DNA from: Octopus bimaculoides | Lineage: Eukaryota | Assembly (NCBI RefSeq): GCF_001194135.2 | Contig: NC_069005.1 | Span: 18,797,053 to 18,841,632 of the forward strand | Length of the DNA stretch: 44,580 nucleotides | Direction: 5' to 3' | Shown here: one piece after another, positions 34,747-44,580 of the stretch | Numbering within the stretch: the first letter of the stretch is position 1 | Layout of the letters: each line of letters begins with the position of its first letter | Notes under the pieces: generated by a model | Told to the model about the DNA's origin: nothing | Seen by the model: the letters and a program-made list of their open reading frames with translations, nothing else | Databases searched by the model: none | Made by a program: the position numbers and the translations under genes

Positions 34747-35285
34747 AACTTGATATCCCTAGGTATGGCTGTTTAATGGTTTTCTTTTATAAACTCTGTG
34801 TTGTATAATTTAGAGCTGTCCGTTAAATCAGATGCGAACAATCTCTATTTCAAGTTTTTATTGAATAATCATTTTCAGTCCATCATTTCAAATCTTCAAT
34901 AGTTTAAATAAATTTGTATAGTTTAAATGATAATTATTCATTTATACTTACAAATGAGAATTTCCTCATGTGCAAGCATTTCAATGCTTACTCCTGTCAA
35001 GAATTTACTACATTACCTTTGGATGTGAAAATCCTGTAAATTTTTTCTAAACATAAGTCACATCTATTGGTTCCAGGTTTGTATGGTTTTGCAGTATAAA
35101 TTAACTCCCATTTAATCGTATAGTCCTTGTTACTGTCCTTAAAAGACCAGATTAAACTTGCTAAGACCCGATTAGAACTTTATTTTTTCTTTTAAATGAA
35201 ATCAAAGGATTTGCCAGTTTTCTCTTGAAAATTAATGATGTCCCACCGATGTAAAAGAATTTCTTAACCTCAGATGTATATATTA
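34661..35285 (-). pseudogene. Penelope-like element 3' end (GIY-YIG C-terminal region)
   Basis: KFFYIGGTS..; KDSNKDYTIKWELIYTAKPYKPGTNRCDLCLEKIYRIF...ALKCLHMRKF matches the W...PY.....C.LC.EK...KC.H tail of PLE endonucleases. Confidence 0.75.
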
Positions 35286-35315
35286 CATTTTTAGCTTTAC
35301 ACTTATATATACACT

Positions 35316-36323
<1,008 letters not shown>

Positions 36324-37020
36324 CGTTTTAAATACATGTATATATATTCTTTCGTTTAGGCAAAGCGATACTGATAACCTGGTGCTAGAACTCAATCTGC
36401 ATATGCTTCAGAGAAGACCCTTAATCGAATGCAGTGTGTAATGAAATACTATGTAAAGGACGAGAGCCCAAGAACTTATGTAATGAACCTCTTTAGTTTA
36501 CAATTGTTTCTGCTATAAGTTGCAATGTACTCCATTTGAGTGCTTGTGTACCACCTTATAACAGAAACGGTTGTAAGCCAATGAAGTTCATTACATAATT
36601 TCATGTTCCTTTGTCATTTATATAATCTCTCACATATATCTATGTGTGTGTGTGTGTGACTGTGTGTGTGCGTGTGTATGTATGCATATGTGTGTGTGTG
36701 TGTGTAAAAAACGTATGTATAACTGTATGTATAACTGTATGTATATTTCAGTGTATGTATAAGGTTGCACGTTATCAATTATTTTTACATTGATGTATAT
36801 CACTCAGAGATATGAAAATTTCCTATCTCTTGGAATTCTTTGCTAAATTTAGTACACTAAGCTTACATTCTGGTTGCATCGACGGAATATCTATCAACTT
36901 CCATATAATATACGATGGTGTGTCGGTAGGTGTGGTGTATGTGTTTGCACATCTACATCTACAACTATAGCATACGTGATTTATGGTTATTATATACATG
37001 TGTGCGTGTATATACATATA

Positions 37021-37056
<36 letters not shown>

Positions 37057-37435
37057 AAGGTGTATACATATATATATGCACATTATGTATAATATATATA
37101 TGTATGTGCATATATATATATATAAATATATATATGTATATATATATATATATNNNNNNNNNNNNNNNNNNNNNNNNNNNNNNNNNNNNNNNNNNNNNNN
37201 NNNNNNNNNNNNNNNNNNNNNNNNNNNNNNNNNNNNNNNNNNNNNNNNNNNNNNNNNNNNNNNNNNNNNNNNNNNNNNNNNNNNNNNNNNNNNNNNNNNN
37301 NNNNNNNNNNNNNNNNNNNNNNNNNNNNNNNNNNNNNNNNNNNNNNNNNNNNNNNNNNNNATATATATATATATATATATATAGAAATAATATATAATAT
37401 GCATGTATAATTTAGACTTAATACCTGAACCGATA

Positions 37436-37647
37436 TACTTCGTGACTTTCAAGTTTCATATTACGGAACATTTTTCCGAACAATCTTTTTTTTTTTACTT
37501 CATTTTACATTATATTATATATGCATTTGTTTATTTATCATAATTTATTGTAATAAGATACATTACTTCGCGTAATAAAATTTAATTACCATCTCTGATG
37601 ATGCGTCAGAAAGTAATCCACAACATGGAACTTAAAGTCACGAAGTG
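37436..37647. mobile_element. MITE (212 bp) with ~24-bp TIRs and TA flanks
   Basis: TA|TACTTCGTGACTTTCAAGTTTCAT ... ATGGAACTTAAAGTCACGAAGTG|TA. Confidence 0.6.
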
Positions 37648-38164
37648 TAACACTTAAAGTGCTTAGCATATAGAATATATAAGTCTATTTATATATCAAC
37701 AGAAGCTTCTGAGACTTTGTACATCTAATACAATTAAACGCCAATGGTATAGTCTTCAGAGCGTCGGATAAAATATCTTGCGATATTTATTCCAATCCTC
37801 TGCGCGATGAATTCAAATCCTGCCGATGTCAAGTTAAATTTTCATCTTTTCGGGATCGTTAAAAATAGTTATCCAGAACAGTAGATTCGGGTAATTCTAA
37901 ATTTTAAGAAGGTTGAACAGGATGCCTTGCAGTTGTTATCTAATCCAGATCATTGCGTTGTGGAAGCAACGTTGGCAATGGCACGTTTATGGAGATGGAG
38001 CAGCCCAAATCAGCGGCTTTTCCCTGGGTAACCATCTGTGACTAGATTCCTACAAAAACATGCTTCCCTGATGCGTGCATATAAATGTGAATGGTCAATA
38101 GTGAGTGATGAGTCGCTTATTGAATCTTCTCAGAGTATTCGCAAAATCATTATATACAGATAGG

Positions 38165-38566
38165 CGAAGGCCTGACTGTGCGGTAAGAAGTTTGCATCGT
38201 AGCCACATGGTTCTTGGTTCAGTCCCACCGCATGGCACCTTTAACACGTGTCTTCTACTGACCAGTGCCATGCGAGTGAATTTGCTTGACAAAAGCTGAC
38301 AGAAAGAAGTCTGTCGTTTAAGCCTCTGTGTGCGTGAGCGCGCGCGTGTACCTTTGTGTCTATGTTTGTCCCCACCATCGCTTGACAACAGGTGTTGGTG
38401 TGTTTACATCCCGAAACTTAACGGTTCACCAAGACAGGACAGATAGAATCAGTACCAGGCTTTAATTGGTAGGTACTGGGATCGATTCGTTTGGTTGAAA
38501 TTCTTCAACGCGGTGCCCCAGCATGGCTGCAATCTAATGATTGAAACAAGCAAAACATAAAAGAAA

Positions 38567-38568
<2 letters not shown>
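38165..38568 (+). mobile_element. SINE family B copy (older)
   Basis: ctgtgcggtaagaagtttgc..ggttcagtccc...gcggtgccccagcatggctgcaatctaatgattgaaacaag. Confidence 0.8.
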
Positions 38569-38602
<34 letters not shown>

Positions 38603-38603
38603 A

Positions 38604-38777
38604 AGGCGTGGCTGTGTGGTAAGAAGCTTGCTTCCCAACCAAATGGTTCCAGATTCAATCCCACTGCATGAAACCTTCAGCAAATGTTTTCTACTATTAT
38701 GGCCTCAAGCCTTGTGAGCGGATTTGGTGAACGGAAATTGAAAGAAATCCATGGTGTGCATGTATGTGTGTGTGTGT

Positions 38778-38858
<81 letters not shown>

Positions 38859-39068
38859 TTTGTGTCTGTGTTTGTCCTCCACTACTTGACAATCGGTGTT
38901 GGCATGTTTACATCTCCGCGACCTAGCGGTTCGGTAAAAGGAAGCGATAGAATAAACACTAGGCTTAAAAAAACAAGAAGTATTGGGGTCGATGTATTCG
39001 GCTACAATTCTACAAGGTGGTGCCCCAGTATGGCCGCTGTCTAATGACTGAAACAAGAGAAAAGAAGA
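38604..39068 (+). mobile_element. SINE family B copy with expanded internal (TG)n
   Basis: aggcgtggctgtgtggtaagaagcttgcttcccaacc...ggtggtgccccagtatggccgctgtctaatgactgaaacaag. Confidence 0.88.
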
Positions 39069-39195
39069 TATATTGATTTCCTTAAAATAATAGGTATATC
39101 TATAAAAACCTGTAGTTTATATTCATATAAAGGAAGAAGAAAATGGAGAATGTGAAGTTAATAAGAGTTTATTAACAACAACAGATTGATCATTA

Positions 39196-39277
39196 TCCCT
39201 TACAGCTGTTTCAATTATACACAGTGAATTAATTAAATATTATGTTTATATTTCTGAGCATAATATCTTCAGAGGGA
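39196..39277 (-). ncRNA. Type I hammerhead ribozyme (left arm)
   Basis: UCCCU-CUGAAGA-U-[AUUAUGCUCAG...CUGUGUAUAAU]-U-GAAA-CAGCUG-U-A-AGGGA. Perfect stem I, palindromic ACAGCUGU, GUA triplet at 39201. Confidence 0.8.
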
Positions 39278-39353
39278 AAAACATATACCATTAGATTTAT
39301 ATGCTATAATGAATCCATAAACAAACATATAACACATCTAAGGAATATTTTTT

Positions 39354-39435
39354 TTCCTCTGAAGATATTATGGTCAGAAAAATTAACTTAATATTTAATT
39401 AATTCACTGAGTATAAGTGAAACAGCTGTAAGGGA
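39354..39435 (+). ncRNA. Type I hammerhead ribozyme (right arm)
   Basis: UUCCU-CUGAAGA-U-[AUUAUGGUCAG...CUGAGUAUAAG]-U-GAAA-CAGCUG-U-A-AGGGA. GUA triplet at 39430; two extra mismatches in stem II. Confidence 0.72.
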
Positions 39436-39474
39436 CAATGATCGATTTGTTGTTGATCACGATACATATCTTCG

Positions 39475-39528
39475 TGCGCTACTAATAGTTTCACGTGTCT
39501 GAAAATCCAAACACGTTCTTCAGGCGCA
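39475..39528 (-). ncRNA. Type I hammerhead ribozyme (unrelated sequence, very clean fold)
   Basis: UGCGC-CUGAAGA-[ACGUGUUUG/GAUUUU/CAGACACGU]-GAAA-CUAUUAG-U-A-GCGCA. 5-bp stem I, 9-bp stem II, ACUA-U-UAGU stem III, GUA triplet at 39480. Confidence 0.85.
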
Positions 39529-39719
39529 GACTTAAACAGATATATATATATATTTATATATACATACATACATACATACATACATACATACATACATACA
39601 TACATACATACATGCTATGATTTACGGCTTCATGTGTGTGGCTCGAGATATTCAAAAAAAGAATTAGATCACGTTCACTCGAAAGTTTGTTTAAAAACTT
39701 TCATAACATCAACAATATA

Positions 39720-40261
39720 CACTAACGCCTCGATATATGAATTAATTTGCTCCCGGAGACCGCTTGTAATGCAAAAACTCGTAAAGCAGAGCGATAATTT
39801 CCCATAGTAGCAATGTTATAAATCGTAATTCGTTCCAAGAAAAATACTTTAGCAATAAGATTTATAATACTCGTAAATAAATGGCAATGAAACAACAGAA
39901 GAATGTAAAGAATATTTTATGTAACGTCAAAAGAATGTCAGGAACATTTATAATTAAAAATATTATTATAATTGTTTTCTGAATCACTTTCACTCACACA
40001 CCATCACTTCTAGACGTGATCGCCGATTCACAAGCACTTATAGATGGACTTGTAGATTTCTTTTTAAAAAACAAGTCTAGAATTGTTTGCTTAATAGAAG
40101 CTTTTTTTCGGTCTCTAAATTTTTCGGTAACACGCAGAAGCATTTGTTATGGTAGTAGAAACCTTTACACTTCGTTCAGAATTTGGATCTTGTGCTTGAA
40201 AAATAGAACTCGTAAACCTGGAGTCTCGTAAATCAGGACCTCGTAAAGTGAGGTATTACTG
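39720..40261. mobile_element. Decayed Tigger-type MITE
   Basis: TA|CACTAACGCCTCGATATATGA ... TCGTAAAGTGAGGTATTACTG|TA (14 of 21 TIR positions match); repeated ctcgtaaa subterminal motifs. Confidence 0.5.
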
Positions 40262-40751
40262 TATATGTTATGTACATGTATAATACTTTCTTACTTATAG
40301 CAAAGTAGATGAAAAATGCCAAAGAAATGAAAATATTTGAAAATATGACATCGTGAGTGTTAGGTAGCAGCTGTGTACCGGAAATAGAGATTGCGAGTAG
40401 CGCGCCCTCTCTCGTTATATTAAGGAATTAATATATTATTTTTTACATTGGCAGAAGATCACATATTTGTGAAAGTTGCTCTTATTTCTGCTTTCGGTGT
40501 TTAACTCCAAGCTGGTTCTGTTCCAGCAGAGCTGAAATCAAAGACATTCTGTCATGATCATCCAGTGTTACTGTTCATATTTTGTTTGTTTGTTTTTTCC
40601 GATAAATTACATATCAGATTATTCTGTCTAATATGGCCCTCCGTCTCGTTGAACACTGAAAGTGTTAGTCTGAAGGAAATTTAGCTGCTATTTTAAGAAA
40701 GCCTAACAGCCATATAGAGGGGCCCTCACTGGCTTTTATCTGATTAATCTT

Positions 40752-41235
40752 ATGTATGTATGTATGTATGTATGTATGTATGTATGTATGTATGCATGTA
40801 TGCATTTATGTATGTATGTATGTATGTATGCATGCATGCATGCATGTATGTATGTATGTATGTATGATTTTTCTTTGAGAGAGTTCAAGCCGGTCGCTAA
40901 CAAAGCGATAAGACTTGAGTTAAGAGAGTTCCCGATGTTTGTAAATATGTGGTTGAGTTGGTGTGTACGTATGTACGTATGTATGTATGTATGTATGTAT
41001 GTACGTACGTATGTATGTATGAATGAATGCATGTATGTATGTATGTATGTATGTACGTATGTATGTATGTATGTATGTATGTATGTATGTATGAGTTGGT
41101 ATGCATGTATGTATGTAAGAATGTATGTTTTTCTCTGAGTTTTATTTAAGTTCTTTAAAAGGGAGTTCAAATCAGTTGCTAACTAAGCGATAAGACTGTT
41201 TGAGTTAAGAGAGTTCCTGATATTTGTAAATATGA
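40752..41235. repeat. (TATG)n arrays interleaved with a duplicated ~75-bp segment (40870-40950, 41155-41235)
   Basis: gagttcaa..gctaac.aagcgataagact..gagttaagagagttcc.gat.tttgtaaatatg occurs twice. Confidence 0.85.
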
Positions 41236-41239
41236 ATAG

Positions 41240-42480
41240 ATGCTCACACCGAAGTGTGTGCATCTATTCACCAAAGTAATATTTGGAGTATCTTTGCAAT
41301 CTCTTACAAATCTCTGCTGCTAGCAGATTCGATTTGGTCACTTGTTCTTTTTTTTTTTTTTTTTTTTTTTGCTCTTTCTTCAAAAATCCTAGTATTTCTA
41401 GGTTTTTGTGTAAATTTGTGGGTACATAGCCTACTGTACCTATGATAACAGGTACAAATGAAAGTTTATCGTCGGGGTACAAGAGCTGCGATTAACCATA
41501 AATGTTCTTTTTTTCCTGAACATGGCACACCTACATCCGCTGGGCAACTGATCTCTACAAACAGTGCATGATTTTTGTTCCCTGTCCCACAGAAACAATA
41601 TCAGGTCTGTTATATTTGCGCCAAATTTCTGTTTTTATTAAGGGGTGTTCCACCTGTATTCCTTGTTTTTAAAGGTGTGAAGAATACCTGCTGGTTCTGA
41701 CATGCCTTTGATGTATACGTCATGGTAATCCTTCCTGCGGATAATCTTGTAAATAGTATTCGCAACTATATCATGCCTCAGGGGTAGGTAGTATCTGACA
41801 TTTTGGGACTGCTGATGATGATATGGGTGATATCTTTCACGCGGCTATTGCAGAGTCGACATTTTATATCACATCGTGATGGTTTAGTGGTATCATTGTC
41901 TCTCCTGTATATCAGGTATTTAATAGCTATCTCCTGTTCCTGAATAGTGAAGGCATATCCCTTTAAGTGGGATGCAATGTATCTATGAAAGTCTAGGAGA
42001 GGCTACTCTTCCTGCCAATGCTATTATCCTCTCGCTTACGGGATATGCGCCAATGCACTGCTTTTTGCTAGTATGATGCCTGCTTCTCTACGGTAGAACA
42101 TTCCAGCCTCCTTTGGGTCGTATTAAATATTCTCAGAGTACCTGCACAGCACTTCTTCTCCAACTCTGAAGATGTTGTCGCTCTCACTTTTGAGAATGCA
42201 TGGAATGTTTACATTTCTTTCTTTACTGTTCAGCAGATGTCTGAGTGATACAATGCGACTTTCAAAGGATATTTGAACTGACCTTATGCCTCTACCGCCA
42301 TCACTTCGTTTCACGTGGATACTATCGATGTTGCTGTTAATATAGAAGTTGCCAGTGGTGGTCAGTACTTTTCTAGTTTTGATGTCTATGCTGCGAATCT
42401 GGTCAAGTGTCCAGTCTAATATTCCAAATGTTGGTACAAGCACTGGCATTGCAAAAACATTGTGAGATAGGTCTTTCCCG
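41240..42480 (-). pseudogene. R4-like RLE retrotransposon fragment (RT thumb to endonuclease)
   Basis: HNVFAMPVLVPTFGILDWTLDQIRSIDIKTRKVLT..GNFYINSNIDSIHVKRSDGGRGIRSV; KYNRPDIV; MYPDDKLSFVPVIIGTVGYVP. Many frameshifts; same family as 24975-25445. Confidence 0.85.
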
Positions 42481-42560
42481 TCGAATTCCACATACATGTG
42501 GAAGCACCAAATATATACAACACAACATACTCGGGTCACACACACATACATACATACATA

Positions 42561-42597
<37 letters not shown>

Positions 42598-44359
42598 ATG
42601 TATGTATACATATACATACAATATATATATATATATNNNNNNNNNNNNNNNNNNNNNNNNNNNNNNNNNNNNNNNNNNNNNNNNNNNNNNNNNNNNNNNN
42701 NNNNNNNNNNNNNNNNNNNNNNNNNNNNNNNNNNNNNNNNNNNNNNNNNNNNNNNNNNNNNNNNNNNNNNNNNNNNNNNNNNNNNNNNNNNNNNNNNNNN
42801 NNNNNNNNNNNNNNNNNNNNNNNNNNNNNNNNNNNNNNNNNNNNNNNNNNNNNNNNNNNNNNNNNNNNNNNNNNNNNNNNNNNNNNNNNNNNNNNNNNNN
42901 NNNNNNNNNNNNNNNNNNNNNNNNNNNNNNNNNNNNNNNNNNNNNNNNNNNNNNNNNNNNNNNNNNNNNNNNNNNNNNNNNNNNNNNNNNNNNNNNNNNN
43001 NNNNNNNNNNNNNNNNNNNNNNNNNNNNNNNNNNNNNNNNNNNNNNNNNNNNNNNNNNNNNNNNNNNNNNNNNNNNNNNNNNNNNNNNNNNNNNNNNNNN
43101 NNNNNNNNNNNNNNNNNNNNNNNNNNNNNNNNNNNNNNNNNNNNNNNNNNNNNNNNNNNNNNNNNNNNNNNNNNNNNNNNNNNNNNNNNNNNNNNNNNNN
43201 NNNNNNNNNNNNNNNNNNNNNNNNNNNNNNNNNNNNNNNNNNNNNNNNNNNNNNNNNNNNNNNNNNNNNNNNNNNNNNNNNNNNNNNNNNNNNNNNNNNN
43301 NNNNNNNNNNNNNNNNNNNNNNNNNNNNNNNNNNNNNNNNNNNNNNNNNNNNNNNNNNNNNNNNNNNNNNNNNNNNNNNNNNNNNNNNNNNNNNNNNNNN
43401 NNNNNNNNNNNNNNNNNNNNNNNNNNNNNNNNNNNNNNNNNNNNNNNNNNNNNNNNNNNNNNNNNNNNNNNNNNNNNNNNNNNNNNNNNNNNNNNNNNNN
43501 NNNNNNNNNNNNNNNNNNNNNNNNNNNNNNNNNNNNNNNNNNNNNNNNNNNNNNNNNNNNNNNNNNNNNNNNNNNNNNNNNNNNNNNATATATATATATA
43601 TACACGTTGGTTCACGATCCAATGCAAGTTATAGATCCAACACAGGGATGGTTCAAGGTACGGCGTTTGTATAAAATAAGAATGCAATGGATTTTAAAGG
43701 TTCACAAGTGTTGTTAGAGCAGCATTTTTATTTTTACATTGATGTAAAATCGATCGTCTACATCGATTACATCATGAAAAAAATCCGCTTTCATAAAATG
43801 ATTAAACTTACGTAGGAGAAGATTCCGAGTGACACGCTTTGCTATACATCGTCCAAGTGAGTCCGACGCTTAACATAGCGGGTCGCTCGGAATCTTCTCT
43901 TCAGTTTGAACTCACGTTATGAAAGTGGAGCTTTTTCATGGAACAATCGATGTAGTCGATCTATTCATCAACAAAAAAAATATATGCTGCTGTAACAGCT
44001 GTTGTGAACCTTTAAAATCCATCTATGTGTGTGTATGTATGTGTGTGTGTGTGTGCGTGTGCATACTAAATTGAGTGTAATTGTATCTGAAGATGAGCGT
44101 TGAAAACGAAACCCAATCAACACCACTGTTTTGAGTGATTCTCTGCCAGAGTGGCTGTCGAGAGCCAGAACATCAGAGCAGAAGTCCAGACTCGAGTTAG
44201 CAATTCTGGCAAAGGAGCAACCAAAACATTTCTGGTCGAACAATTGTGGGGAAAATACGGTCATCGACAGGAAACTTCTCTGGTTCGGATTTTGACTTTA
44301 AGGAATATTCTCAATAACTTCCGGTTTCCAGTTCTTTCTTTGAACTCATCATTTTTAGC

Positions 44360-44360
<1 letters not shown>

Positions 44361-44390
<30 letters not shown>

Positions 44391-44580
44391 TGTATGTATG
44401 CATGTATGTGCGTATGTATGTATGTATGTATGTGCGTGTGTATGTATGTATGCATGTATGTATGCATGTATGTATGCATGTATGTATGTATGCATGTATG
44501 TATGTATGCATGTATGTATGTATGTATGCATGTATGTATGTATGTATGTATGTATGTGTGTGTATATGTATGTATGTATG
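44361..44580. repeat. (TATG)n microsatellite
   Basis: Direct reading. Confidence 0.95.

Larger units (their letters stand above)
39174..39457. repeat. Long inverted repeat: arms ~39174-39287 and ~39345-39457, spacer ~57 bp
   Basis: tgatcattatcccttacagctgtttcaattatacacagtgaattaattaaatatt... versus ...aatatttaattaattcactgagtataagtgaaacagctgtaagggacaatgatc. Confidence 0.9.

Noticed and set aside
37590-37625. CUGAUGA-UGCGUCA-GAAA inside the MITE
   Set aside because: Only a 2-bp stem II; no stem I or III.
44090-44350. Unique-looking GC-balanced segment with short open frames on both strands
   Set aside because: No recognisable motif or convincing splice boundaries.

Overview
Eukaryotic (metazoan) draft-assembly DNA: AT-rich, saturated with microsatellites, and broken by about 15 N-gaps. 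The repeat families resemble those of an octopod cephalopod (inference from remembered SINE/LINE sequences; not database-checked). Almost every long ORF in the supplied track is an artefact of N-runs or simple repeats. The recognisable content is decayed transposons: five R4/Dong-type RLE retrotransposon fragments, several Penelope-like elements (RT and GIY-YIG), a Helitron helicase fragment, a TIR-complete internally deleted Tigger/pogo, mariner/Tc1 remnants, MITEs and at least three tRNA-derived SINE families. The most notable signal is RNA structure. I read eight type I hammerhead ribozyme (HHR) folds by eye (one with a core mutation) plus two degenerate copies with a non-canonical CUGUCGA core; several sit at the 3' ends of Penelope-like elements. 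Three HHRs cluster in about 350 bp at 39174-39528 on both strands around a ~114-bp-arm inverted repeat. A minus-strand transcript cut at both of its HHRs would release a 279-nt rod-like RNA whose complement also carries an HHR (retrozyme/viroid-like geometry). A series of strong minus-strand splice sites (about 9.0-25.7 kb) suggests an unrecognised spliced host transcript with micro-exons. No host gene could be named.
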